A stretch of DNA of 64,000 nucleotides from an uncultured Candidatus Poseidoniales archaeon (GCA_964577145.1 CAZNXM010000006.1:878-64877); one strand, 5' to 3'. Positions 8,983 to 18,621 are shown, numbered from the stretch's first letter. Notes: generated from the sequence alone by a model not told the origin. Translations and numbers: made by a program.

Positions 8983-11900
8983 ATGTCAGCACCGCCACGT
9001 CGACCCGTTAGACCCAAAGCAGTTGCAACAACCAAATCAATGGGACAAAGTACCCTAAGTGGTGCTGCAATCCAGCCAACCATCGAGATGGTAAATCCAG
9101 GGAGCCCACTTCCAAATGCAATTGAAAAAGGTATACAGAAATTTGCGCAATTAATCTTGTATGGCGTAGCAATGATTGCCATATGGGCAGCATTACTTTC
9201 GATTGCTTTCGATGATTCAGGCGACAATACTAATTTCCTTTTCCTTGGAGTTGGGGGATTGGTCTCCGCTAGTATGGCAATTGGGTTGGTTGAATTTCAA
9301 AGAAGGAAAGGTGGAGATGAACTTCACTCGGTTCACGATTACCTCATCGGCATGGGATTCTTTTTCATGGCTATAGGAGTTATTTGGGGAGCCAGATGGA
9401 TGATGGGTATCCTTGGAGAAAATGATGTAGATTGGATTCTTGAATCCGGAATCCCATATAGTAGTGACAGTGAATGGCACCCTTCAGCCAATGGAATCTA
9501 TATTCAGATGGGCGCATGCTTACTGATGGTCGCTGGACAATACATGTATCTCGACCGATTGAAGGGCAAAACTACCTTTGGTTGGTCAGTAATGGCATTC
9601 GCACCTTTGGCATTGGTATTGGTAGGATTCAATGTATGGATGGGTTGGGCCAATAATGATGTTTCTTGGGAAATTGGAGTTGCAATCGTATCGATGACTG
9701 CAGTTTCAATGTTCCTTGCTCTACGTTCTGATAGTTTCACAATTTTCGCAGTAGTTGCCGTAGTTAGTGGATTGATTCCGATTCTCTATGAATGGAACAA
9801 CAATCCTCCTGATTTAGATGGTACTGGAAGCGCAATGTCATTATTGGTATTCATTATCATTTTCCAGGGCTGGTTAGCAGCAGATCACCGCCTCCAGAAA
9901 GACAAGATGCAGTTAACTTCAGCTTTCTTAGTTGGAGAAGTAATAATCGCCATGCTTATCGCTCGTTCTGAAGACCTGAACTTAGTTCTTGGATTCCTAA
10001 AGCAAAGTGAACTTGGCGTGCTATCCGACATTTTTACGCTACAAGTTGCACTCTGGCTTACTGTATTATTGGCTTATTTCCCAGCAGCACTAAATCAGAG
10101 AATTCCGTACATGCCTATCGGTTTAGCAGGATGTTTATTCATTATCGTGCCAGAAGCAGGATTGATTCCTTGGACAATAACCATCCTAATGCTACCTTAC
10201 CTTCTCATTATCAGTGATAAGACGAGGAAATGGGTTGCAAATCTGACTATTATTGCTGTTGGTGGTTCCTTCTTCATACAGAGTTACATGGCTGGTGGGT
10301 TCCATTACGAGCACTTTGAGGCGCTAATTTTGTGCTCACTGGTAATCACAGGAGAATTTGCTCGCCAACGAGGTAAACTTTCGAATTGGGCACATTTCTC
10401 TATGCTCGGATTATTGGTTCTCTCGGATTCCGTTCTATTCGGTGAAGATCCATGGATACCATGGATAATCGTAGGCTACACGGTTGTTTCGTCTTGGATG
10501 ATGATGCGAAACGCGGAAATCAACGATAGCCCCAGTGAAGCATTCGAAGGGTCTGCAGCAACCTTTGCCAGCATATTAATCACAATCATTCTGAGTTGGG
10601 CTGGACGCTTGGAGATGCCATTCCTAGAGTCGATTACCGACAAGATGGATGGCTTCAATCTACCACTTGCAATAGTTGGTCTAGGTATTTATGCAGCAAT
10701 GCGACAATACAAGCATATTGAACTAGACCTCGGTAGTCTACTCGCTTGGGGTGATGATAAACGCAAACAGATCATTCCAGTTTTCGACTCAGAGGCCAAT
10801 GCTTGGTTGATTCCTGAACCAGACCCAAATGCGCCACCCGCATGGGTTGTGAAGAGTTGGGGGCCGCTTGGAAGGATGAGTTTACTTGGCTCAATGGTAT
10901 TATTCACCATTGCAGTAGCCACTGTAAGCAACGAAGCGATTTCTTCCAATCTCATCTGGCCGCTTACAATGTTAATACCGGTTGGAATTGTTATCAAAGA
11001 AGTAATTGATGATGATGAAGCATCTTCTCTTGGAAGGATGATTGCAACCTGGACCATCTTCGCAATGGCACTCCCCGTGTCCATGAAGATGATATGGGAA
11101 TCCGGCCATGCCGCAGAATTGCTGACCAATAGTTTGGTTCTCGACCTCATCTTACTCTCTGGCCCGATTGGCGTTTCTATAATGTTAACCAAGAAGGGCT
11201 TGAATGATGATGCTCTGAATGTCAGTGCTGATAGAATGACATTCTTTGGGCTATTAGCACTTGGAATGCTCGATTCTAGTGGAGGTATCCTCTTCCTAGC
11301 AATGTACCTCCTTGTATTTCAGAGGAGTTTGAAGCACAGGCATAACCTCGTACTGAGTCTTGCCCCAATCGCCTTACTATTGTACGGTGATCGCTTCATC
11401 TGGGATGGAGCTACTATCGGTTCAATAATCGGAGTTATTGACTTTGGAAGTTATGACCTAACCGAAATCACTTTCCTTGGATTGACCAGGTTCTCTGGAA
11501 TTGTTATGGCAAGTACTGCCTTGATGATTCTTGGAAAGGGAGTTGCAGACCGACATCATGGCCTGAAAGATGGCGCTATCGAGACTCCGATGGCAGCACC
11601 TGCGATTTGGTTGGCAATCGGTCTGTTAGCAGTTCTCCCTGAGGCAAGTTGGCTACTGCTTACTCTAACTATGATGATCGGATTCTATTCATGGCTATCC
11701 GGACGTATACAATTCATTCCTTGGATGCCATTATTCACACTGGCTTCATTCTGGTTTGGATTCTCATGGGATTCGAACTTCAATCATTTCACCGTTGGGG
11801 AATTTGTTTCACATACCCTATTAGGAACTGGATTTGTCACAATGATTCTCAATCGTATGGCACAAAGTGGAACTCTGTACCGCTGGGCTGATGAACCACT

Positions 11901-13026
11901 AGTAAATCCAGATGCCATTGTGAGTAGTTTCAATCTTAACTTGGTAGCAGGTAGGGAACGAATGATTGAAATCATGAGAATTTGGACACTGGTTTGTCTC
12001 ACAGCATCCTATGATGCATTTGATGGAATTGGAACTGTACTCGGTGCTCTTTGGGCGACATGGGACACCTATGTTCGTGGACAAAAGTACCTAATTCTCG
12101 GTACACCACTACTCCAGGCATTCGCTGCATGGAATATCATTGAACACATCGTTCCAAGCGAACAAATGGCTCAAGATGTAATTGTAGGAACTGTGCTAAT
12201 GGTAAATGGAATGCTGATGACGGTGTTAGCTACAAAGGCCGATATCGCATGGAGTTGGAAGCAATTCAAATGGGATGATGAAACCGATTACTATTCTTGG
12301 CTTGATCGAATTGGTATCATGGCTATCTGTTACTTCTTAATTGGTCTAACATGGGCACTCGGCGATGCTGAAATCGAAGGGGCAATGTGGACAATGTGGG
12401 CGGTATACCTTGCAGGTATAGCGATTCAAGGATTCAGAGATGAGACTGAAACTCCATGGAGAAGAGGATTCGGTTCATTTGGAACTCTATTTGCGATATT
12501 CATGCTCTCTACAACATTCACAGATGACCTATTCATGTACGTCACTTGGATGTTAATGGGAATAGTAGCATTCGGCTTTGGAATCTTGTACATGAATAGA
12601 ATGGGAGATGCTGATACGCTATACGAGCAAGCACCTGTAGCGGAAATTGCAACTAAGGTTTACCAATCTGAGGAAGAAGCAGAGGAAGAGACGGAAGAAG
12701 AAGCCGTTGAAGAATCTGAGGATGCAGAGGAAGAGACGGAAGAAGAAGAAGTCGTTGAAGAATCTGAGGACGCAGAAGAAGAGTCTGAAGAAGCCACTGA
12801 AGAAAAACCCGTTGAAAAGGAAGAGGCTGTAGATGATTCTACAACTGAAGATATACCAACTACGTCAAATGTTGTACCGACCGGTGCTGGATTTAGTATG
12901 GCAATTGACCCGCAAATCATGGCTGTGATTCAGAATACTTTGGCTAGAACTCCGCATGACGGTTTCCAACCGGTAATTACGATGCAACCAAATGGCAACT
13001 TCAAAATTGACTTCACACCACTATGA
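8983..13026 (+). CDS. Giant (1347 aa) polytopic integral membrane protein of unknown function with a poly-acidic (E-rich) tandem-repeat tail and a small C-terminal domain
   Basis: One continuous ORF; dozens of hydrophobic, Trp-flanked helices. Residues about 1225-1285 read EEEAEEETEEEAVEESEDAEEETEEEEVVEESEDAEEESEE, encoded by a tandem DNA repeat of about 45-51 bp at 12694-12786. I recognised no known family motif. Confidence 0.6.
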   Translation: MSAPPRRPVRPKAVATTKSMGQSTLSGAAIQPTIEMVNPGSPLPNAIEKGIQKFAQLILYGVAMIAIWAALLSIAFDDSGDNTNFLFLGVGGLVSASMAIGLVEFQRRKGGDELHSVHDYLIGMGFFFMAIGVIWGARWMMGILGENDVDWILESGIPYSSDSEWHPSANGIYIQMGACLLMVAGQYMYLDRLKGKTTFGWSVMAFAPLALVLVGFNVWMGWANNDVSWEIGVAIVSMTAVSMFLALRSDSFTIFAVVAVVSGLIPILYEWNNNPPDLDGTGSAMSLLVFIIIFQGWLAADHRLQKDKMQLTSAFLVGEVIIAMLIARSEDLNLVLGFLKQSELGVLSDIFTLQVALWLTVLLAYFPAALNQRIPYMPIGLAGCLFIIVPEAGLIPWTITILMLPYLLIISDKTRKWVANLTIIAVGGSFFIQSYMAGGFHYEHFEALILCSLVITGEFARQRGKLSNWAHFSMLGLLVLSDSVLFGEDPWIPWIIVGYTVVSSWMMMRNAEINDSPSEAFEGSAATFASILITIILSWAGRLEMPFLESITDKMDGFNLPLAIVGLGIYAAMRQYKHIELDLGSLLAWGDDKRKQIIPVFDSEANAWLIPEPDPNAPPAWVVKSWGPLGRMSLLGSMVLFTIAVATVSNEAISSNLIWPLTMLIPVGIVIKEVIDDDEASSLGRMIATWTIFAMALPVSMKMIWESGHAAELLTNSLVLDLILLSGPIGVSIMLTKKGLNDDALNVSADRMTFFGLLALGMLDSSGGILFLAMYLLVFQRSLKHRHNLVLSLAPIALLLYGDRFIWDGATIGSIIGVIDFGSYDLTEITFLGLTRFSGIVMASTALMILGKGVADRHHGLKDGAIETPMAAPAIWLAIGLLAVLPEASWLLLTLTMMIGFYSWLSGRIQFIPWMPLFTLASFWFGFSWDSNFNHFTVGEFVSHTLLGTGFVTMILNRMAQSGTLYRWADEPLVNPDAIVSSFNLNLVAGRERMIEIMRIWTLVCLTASYDAFDGIGTVLGALWATWDTYVRGQKYLILGTPLLQAFAAWNIIEHIVPSEQMAQDVIVGTVLMVNGMLMTVLATKADIAWSWKQFKWDDETDYYSWLDRIGIMAICYFLIGLTWALGDAEIEGAMWTMWAVYLAGIAIQGFRDETETPWRRGFGSFGTLFAIFMLSTTFTDDLFMYVTWMLMGIVAFGFGILYMNRMGDADTLYEQAPVAEIATKVYQSEEEAEEETEEEAVEESEDAEEETEEEEVVEESEDAEEESEEATEEKPVEKEEAVDDSTTEDIPTTSNVVPTGAGFSMAIDPQIMAVIQNTLARTPHDGFQPVITMQPNGNFKIDFTPL
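12694..12786 (+). repeat. Tandem repeat of about 45-51 bp encoding the polyacidic EEAVEESEDAEEETEEE units of the giant membrane protein tail
   Basis: Near-identical 'gaagaagaagccgttgaagaatctgaggatgcagaggaagagacg' and 'gaagaagaagtcgttgaagaatctgaggacgcagaagaagagtct'. Confidence 0.8.
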
Positions 13027-14289
13027 TTAATCTCGCTCGACGATAGCCATTCCAATAGAATGGTCATTCGCCGGAGAGTCGATCGAGGGGTATACGCCCC
13101 AGTAAGTTTCTCTTGACTGCTGATTGAGTTCCATACACAAGACAACATCTCCCGGTCTATCCGAAAGTGTTGAAGAGCCGTTGAGGTGAGCAATCATCCC
13201 ATCAATATTGGACCAGTTTAGAACGCCCCATCCGACCTGAGTGCACGGTGCTACTGGCGAGATTGGGATAGTTCCGGTAGTGGGGTCCCATCCTGTACCG
13301 CTAGGATACCATCCCGAGAGATTGAGTGCGTGACGGATGTCAGAGTTGGTAATTTGAACATCGCCGTCGACTAGAGCGCCATCCCTACCTCCGGAACCGC
13401 TGTCATTGAACTCCGCTCTCAATGTCGTCATCACATGACCGAGGAAGCCTGCGGTCCTTGGCGTGGCAAACGAAGTTCCAGAAGTTTCGTGATAACCATC
13501 CACGTCCTGATGATTGGGGAGGACTTGTGTCCAGTCCGATGCCATATCTGGATATGACCCCGACATTGTCTCCTTTTGGTCGTCCTCGCCTTCGGCATAG
13601 CCTGAGACTCCGATAGACCAAGGTGGCCCTGCTGTAGCGTCCTGAATGGCTGGTGAAGGCGAGTTGTCCGCCGCTCCAGTGTGGATTTTGTGATGGTCGA
13701 CAACCGCTACCTTCGTCGCATCTTCGATTCCTGGGACAGGTACGCTTCCTGGAGCACCAAATGATGTGGTTATGACATCGACCATAGGATGAGTTCCTGC
13801 TAATAGGACTGCTTCATCGCTGAAACCCTCGACGAAGTAGATGATTGCATCCGGGTCAGCATCCAGAACCGCTCCGGTCACGGCGGTCCCGTGTCCATCG
13901 GACGGATCATCGAGAATTAACTGGCCTGTATCTCCTGAAGACGATGCGAAAATTCTGGTACCGGTGAAATACACAACATCATCGGTGGTGATTAGATTCC
14001 AGCAGGTCTCCATATCAGCAGAGAGGCGTTCTGAATAGCTGCCATTGGTCGTTAGTTCACATACCAAAGTGGTGAGCATATCATCGATTAGCCATTGGGG
14101 AAGTGTCTCGTTAGTTTGGAAGTGGTTATGGTAGGGATTGATTCCGGTATCGATTGGTGCAATTACGCTAAATGCCCTGAATCCATCATCGATAATCGGT
14201 GGCTCGACCACTATCTCCTCATCATCCGATAAGCATCCTGACAGGCCCGAAAGAAGGACCAAGGAAGTCAGAATGAGGGCCCGAAGCAT
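13027..14289 (-). CDS. Second subtilisin-like serine protease (peptidase S8), probable lipoprotein/secreted
   Basis: 420 aa; N-terminal LLSGLSGC lipobox-like signal; triad motifs DTGINPYH, DGHGTAVTG and SGTSFATPRTAG; convergent with the giant membrane gene, stop-to-stop adjacent. Confidence 0.75.
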   Translation of the reverse strand: MLRALILTSLVLLSGLSGCLSDDEEIVVEPPIIDDGFRAFSVIAPIDTGINPYHNHFQTNETLPQWLIDDMLTTLVCELTTNGSYSERLSADMETCWNLITTDDVVYFTGTRIFASSSGDTGQLILDDPSDGHGTAVTGAVLDADPDAIIYFVEGFSDEAVLLAGTHPMVDVITTSFGAPGSVPVPGIEDATKVAVVDHHKIHTGAADNSPSPAIQDATAGPPWSIGVSGYAEGEDDQKETMSGSYPDMASDWTQVLPNHQDVDGYHETSGTSFATPRTAGFLGHVMTTLRAEFNDSGSGGRDGALVDGDVQITNSDIRHALNLSGWYPSGTGWDPTTGTIPISPVAPCTQVGWGVLNWSNIDGMIAHLNGSSTLSDRPGDVVLCMELNQQSRETYWGVYPSIDSPANDHSIGMAIVERD

Positions 14290-14360
14290 GTCAATACGCG
14301 GCCAGCCATCACTTTAGAACCATCCGCAGCCCTGAAGGGCTGAATCCTACTGGGGAGTAC

Positions 14361-14894
14361 ATGGGCGGAGAGATGGTCTGGATTGATCTGGAGATGACGG
14401 GACTCGACATCGAAAACGAGTCGATCATCGAGATTGCCACAATCGTCACCGATGCTGAACTCAACATCATCGCTACCGGTCCTAATCTTGCAATATCAGT
14501 TTCAGAGGAACTCATCTCAGGTATGGATGAATGGAATACCGAGCACCACCACGCCAGTGGTCTAGTCGACAGAATTCGTAGTGAAGGCGTCTCGCTGGAA
14601 GAGGCTTCTAACCAGACATGTGAATTCATTTCTCAATATATAGAGCCGGGTAAAGCGCCCCTATGCGGCAACTCAATTCACAATGATAGGGCGTTCCTTG
14701 CTAAGGAGATGCCACAAGTTCTCGACCTTCTTCACTATCGCTTAATCGATGTTTCAACTATCAAGGAGCTGGCAAATAGATGGTACCCTGATGTTCAACG
14801 GTACCAGAAAAAGGAAGCGCATCGCGCTCTTGATGATATTCTCGAATCGATTGAAGAATTACGTCACCACAGGGCGACCTTGTTCAAAGATTGA
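14361..14894 (+). CDS. orn: Oligoribonuclease (DEDDh 3'-5' exoribonuclease)
   Basis: 177 aa; near full-length similarity to bacterial Orn (WIDLEMTGLD…IIEIATIVTD…CGNSIHNDRAFL…HRALDDI). Confidence 0.85.
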   Translation: MGGEMVWIDLEMTGLDIENESIIEIATIVTDAELNIIATGPNLAISVSEELISGMDEWNTEHHHASGLVDRIRSEGVSLEEASNQTCEFISQYIEPGKAPLCGNSIHNDRAFLAKEMPQVLDLLHYRLIDVSTIKELANRWYPDVQRYQKKEAHRALDDILESIEELRHHRATLFKD

Positions 14895-15687
14895 CGCCTT
14901 TGTGGGCTGCCAATATCTCAGCAATTACTGCAATTGCAATCTCTTCAGGACTTTCGGCACCAATATCCAATCCAATTGGGCAGTTTACTGCATCCAATTG
15001 GTCTTGAGTTACTCCAGCATCGATAGCAATCTTGCTGAATGCTTTCCATTTTGACTTTGATCCGATTACCCCTAAACGACCAGAATAACCAGCAAATATC
15101 AATCCGAGAAGTCTTTCTTCGTCCTCATTCCAATCATGACCCAGCAATAAGATATCACTAAACCGAGATAGTGAAGACGAATCCTCTGCCATCAAGAAGT
15201 CGCCTGGGCAGGAATGATGAGTCTCTTTTGCACCGTCGATAGAAGAAAATTCTGCTCTAGAGTCTTGTACGGAATATGACCAACTCAGTGGCTTGCAGGC
15301 TTGAGCAATCGCAATTGCACAATGACCTCCACCCATTAGAAGAATGTGCGGCATAGGAATCAGGACCTCCAATGCGACGGTCACTCGCCCGCCACAAAGG
15401 CTGTCGAGTGGTGTTACCTCATAGCCCTTAGCCCCCTTATTCAAACCAAAAGTTAGTACTTCGCCGCATGGTTTTACTGCACTTGTAACAAGTTCTCTCA
15501 ATCGTTTGGATACATTCAATTCCAATCCTGCTCCACCGATTGTACCATGTGAACCCGAATCACATAATGCAAGACGAGCGCCCTCTTTCCCGGGAACTGA
15601 ACCCGAAGTTGAGATTACAGATGCAATCCCTACCTTTTTGCCATTACCAAGGTGCTCTAAAGCCCAAGCAAGAGTTACTGCCGTCAT
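14884..15687 (-). CDS. xdhC: XdhC/CoxI-family molybdoenzyme maturation (Moco insertion) factor
   Basis: 267 aa; Rossmann-like 'ILLMGGGHCAIAIA' C-terminal domain typical of XdhC; 4-nt overlap with the mocA-like gene. Confidence 0.7.
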   Translation of the reverse strand: MTAVTLAWALEHLGNGKKVGIASVISTSGSVPGKEGARLALCDSGSHGTIGGAGLELNVSKRLRELVTSAVKPCGEVLTFGLNKGAKGYEVTPLDSLCGGRVTVALEVLIPMPHILLMGGGHCAIAIAQACKPLSWSYSVQDSRAEFSSIDGAKETHHSCPGDFLMAEDSSSLSRFSDILLLGHDWNEDEERLLGLIFAGYSGRLGVIGSKSKWKAFSKIAIDAGVTQDQLDAVNCPIGLDIGAESPEEIAIAVIAEILAAHKGVNL

Positions 15688-16235
15688 TTGAGCGCCTCCA
15701 AATCGGCGGGTGCATCGATGTTCAAATGTTCACCGGGTGCATCGATTCGAGAAAATCGTACGATTTCACGCAACGGCTCATCGGGCCCACTCGCAAGAAC
15801 GTCCTCGATAGAGCATAGTAGCAGAGGATGTCCGGAAGGATTCGGTGAAGTATCGGTCTTTTCCTCAAGCAAAGTTTCTAGAGTTTCTTTTTGCCAACCA
15901 CAACGGTCAACTGGTACAACAAATACACGTCTTGGAATACGCCCATTATCCCCCATTAATGTAAGGAGTCCTACTTGTAAAGACCCAGTTCTACCTTCTT
16001 CAGGGTGCTGATTAACCACAACATTAGCACCACTTGAAGCGATTGCAACATCGATTAGAAGTTCAGATCTAGTTACCACGATAATCGGTGAGCATCCGCT
16101 ATCATTGAGCAATCGAACAGCACGGCCAACTAGAGTCTCACCATTCCATTCGACCAGTGCCTTGGGTTGTCCAAGTCTTGACGATGCTCCCGCTGCAAGA
16201 ATGACAGCGGGTATGCCTTTGCCCATTTCAATCAC
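15684..16235 (-). CDS. MobA-like NTP transferase, probable molybdenum cofactor cytidylyltransferase (MocA-like)
   Basis: 183 aa; 'IPAVILAAGASSRLGQPKAL' nucleotidyltransferase N-terminus as in MocA/MobA; cotranscribed with xdhC. Confidence 0.7.
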   Translation of the reverse strand: MIEMGKGIPAVILAAGASSRLGQPKALVEWNGETLVGRAVRLLNDSGCSPIIVVTRSELLIDVAIASSGANVVVNQHPEEGRTGSLQVGLLTLMGDNGRIPRRVFVVPVDRCGWQKETLETLLEEKTDTSPNPSGHPLLLCSIEDVLASGPDEPLREIVRFSRIDAPGEHLNIDAPADLEALK

Positions 16236-17380
16236 AGGTCCTTGGTAATCTCGCGTCCGATGATCATGCGTTGAATTTGGCTTGAGCCCTCATAAATTTG
16301 CATAACCTTGGCTCCACGCATTAAGCGAGCGACCGGATATTCCTCAGAGTAGCCATATCCGCCGTAAACCTGTACGGCGTCGGTGGATACTTCCATTGCT
16401 GCATCGGCAGCGAAACGCTTTGCATGCGCTGCGGATTCGGTGTTTTGAATCCCTGCATCGGCTTCGCATGCTGATTTCCAAGTAAGCATCCTAGATGCTT
16501 CGACTTTGGTCTTCATGTCTGCTAACATGAACTGTATAGCTTGATGGCGATGTAATGGTTTACCGAAAGTCTGGCGCTCATTCGAGTATTGTAATGAATG
16601 CTCGTAAGCAGCACGAGCAAGCCCGGTTGCATGAGCCGCAATATTTGGGCGGCTCATGTCAAATGCCTTCATTGCATTCATCCAACCACCTGATTCACTA
16701 CCGCCGCAGAGGTTTTCTGCTGGAACTCTCATGTCATCAAAATTTAGAGAACGTGTATCTGAGCAACGTTGCCCCATATTGCTCTCCTTCTTGCCCAAAG
16801 TCAGACCGGGAGTATCTGCATCTACAATGAACCCAGACATTCCTTTGTACCCGGCTTCGGGGTCGGTCTTAGCCAATATGAAGAACCAATCAGCATGACC
16901 GGCTCCTGTGATGAACATTTTCGAGCCGTTAATGATGTAATCATCACCATCCCGAATTGCTGTAGTTTTGCATGCGGCTACATCTGAGCCGGCCCCGGGC
17001 TCTGTAACTCCGTATGAAGCAAGTGCACCATTTTCGGCTACCATTCGCAAGTACTTCTCCTTCTGTTCATGAGTTGCCCCAGTAATCAGTGGAGCGCAAG
17101 CGAGAGAGGTCGCATATGCTGCTGTAGCAAATCCTGGGTCTCCCCATGCTAATTCTTCGTTAACGAGGACTTCCTCCATACTTCCTAGTCCAGGTCCACC
17201 GTATTCTTCACCGATGTGTAGATTCAACAAACCCATCTCATGGGCTGCCTTGATTGCAGCAAGAGGGTATTCTGAATTCATATCCCAATGCTCAGCATTA
17301 GGCCTGACCTCATCAACTGCAAACTCGTGCGCAAGTTCACGGAGCATCTCCTGCATCTCATCGAGCTGGAAGTCGACCAT
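16232..17380 (-). CDS. Acyl-CoA dehydrogenase
   Basis: 382 aa; ACAD N/M/C domain pattern (…GSKMFITGAG…YGGYGYSEEYPVARLMRGAKV…). Confidence 0.85.
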   Translation of the reverse strand: MVDFQLDEMQEMLRELAHEFAVDEVRPNAEHWDMNSEYPLAAIKAAHEMGLLNLHIGEEYGGPGLGSMEEVLVNEELAWGDPGFATAAYATSLACAPLITGATHEQKEKYLRMVAENGALASYGVTEPGAGSDVAACKTTAIRDGDDYIINGSKMFITGAGHADWFFILAKTDPEAGYKGMSGFIVDADTPGLTLGKKESNMGQRCSDTRSLNFDDMRVPAENLCGGSESGGWMNAMKAFDMSRPNIAAHATGLARAAYEHSLQYSNERQTFGKPLHRHQAIQFMLADMKTKVEASRMLTWKSACEADAGIQNTESAAHAKRFAADAAMEVSTDAVQVYGGYGYSEEYPVARLMRGAKVMQIYEGSSQIQRMIIGREITKDL

Positions 17381-17431
17381 GGTACTCCCACAGGGCCGAG
17401 GGGCATAAGCAGTACTGTGAACAATTGCAAA

Positions 17432-18619
17432 TCACAATGTAATGTAACCCTGACGATGTAATTCTATTAGAATAATATAAATTAGATAGAATGCCATCAA
17501 GATAAGGCCCTCATAACGTGAAAATTTGTAACCACTCCACATCATTACTAAACAGATGAAGACGCCAAGCAGAGTTGCAGGAATAATGAGATTTGCCAAC
17601 AGTGGAGTTGCTGCACTCGTCATCGAAATTGGATTTGCCATTGCGGCTATTCCAATTGAAAGGAGTGGGTCGGTAATGTTTGAGCCAATAAGGGTGCCAA
17701 TTGCAACACCTTGGCTCTTGCGTGCTGCAACCATCGCAACAGTAAGTTCAGGCAATGAAGTTCCAAGACCTGTTATTGTGGCGCCTACAATACTATGCGG
17801 AACATCGAGTTTGTAAGCAATATCTGTGGCGTTACTGACAAATTCATTAGCCGCATAAATCGCCATTGTGAGACCGATTAATAACATGAAAAAATAGGCT
17901 GTACCAGACCAACTAATAGCACTAGATGAACTTACAGAATCCAACTCAAGTTCATCCTCTTTGATGCTTTCACGATCATTCAATAGCCACATAATGTAGA
18001 CAATGTAAATCAAACATAGAATTGCTCCTTCTATTCGAGAAAGTCCGCCTCCTTCCCAAAGTAGTGCAGTTAATGTTAGAATAGACAATAACATCAACAC
18101 ACCATCTCGCCTGAGCCATGCTGGCCTTATTTCTAATGGCCGTAGAAATACGACAATACCGAGTACAAGTGTGATTTGTACCAATACAGAACCATAGATA
18201 TTACCAATCGCTAGATTTGCCAAATTCGGGTCAGCAGTTGACTTTATTGCAGAAGTTGTTGTGAATAATATCTCGGGTAATGATGTACCAATAGACACAA
18301 TTGTTAGCCCAATAACTACCTCCGCAATTCCTGCTCTTCGCGCTAAACCCTTTGCACCCTCAATGAAGTAATTGGTAGAGGTAATCAGCAATGCTAGTGC
18401 AACAATAATCAAAAAAATCAGAATGTAGATTTGCCCCCAATCATTGGAGTCTTTGAGGAAATCAATACTGGCTAATGAAATAAATAGAGTAAGAGTAATT
18501 GTCAATGCATTCCAATGAAGGTAGGAGCCCATACGATGAACGCTTTCCTCCCCACCCATGACCCTTCGGAAATGCAGGTCCTCTTTGATGCTTACCACTA
18601 ATTTTTGCGAAAAGGTCAT
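17432..18619 (-). CDS. Ca2+/cation antiporter (CaCA family, YrbG-like Na+/Ca2+ exchanger)
   Basis: 395 aa; duplicated alpha-repeat 'GTSLPE' motifs (SIGTSLPEIL and GLGTSLPELT); about 10 TM helices. Confidence 0.8.
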   Translation of the reverse strand: MTFSQKLVVSIKEDLHFRRVMGGEESVHRMGSYLHWNALTITLTLFISLASIDFLKDSNDWGQIYILIFLIIVALALLITSTNYFIEGAKGLARRAGIAEVVIGLTIVSIGTSLPEILFTTTSAIKSTADPNLANLAIGNIYGSVLVQITLVLGIVVFLRPLEIRPAWLRRDGVLMLLSILTLTALLWEGGGLSRIEGAILCLIYIVYIMWLLNDRESIKEDELELDSVSSSSAISWSGTAYFFMLLIGLTMAIYAANEFVSNATDIAYKLDVPHSIVGATITGLGTSLPELTVAMVAARKSQGVAIGTLIGSNITDPLLSIGIAAMANPISMTSAATPLLANLIIPATLLGVFICLVMMWSGYKFSRYEGLILMAFYLIYIILIELHRQGYITL

Positions 18620-18621
18620 TG

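Noticed and set aside
9143-9150. TTGCGCAA palindrome as an internal promoter for a shorter version of the giant membrane protein (ATG 9163)
   Set aside because: The frame is open and plausible from 8983, with a basic cytoplasmic N-terminus. The occurrence is more likely coincidental, though it is flagged in the motif finding.
10689-11192. 167-aa minus-strand ORF (and others at 9008-9740, 11784-12084)
   Set aside because: They lie inside the single continuous 8983-13026 ORF. They have no motifs and read as shadow frames.
12647-12920. Possible CRISPR-like or satellite repeat in the GAA-rich region; ORFs 12647-12832 (+) and 12660-12920 (-)
   Set aside because: The periodicity is a codon-level tandem repeat inside the giant membrane gene's acidic tail, not spacer-repeat architecture. 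The extra ORFs are frame shadows.
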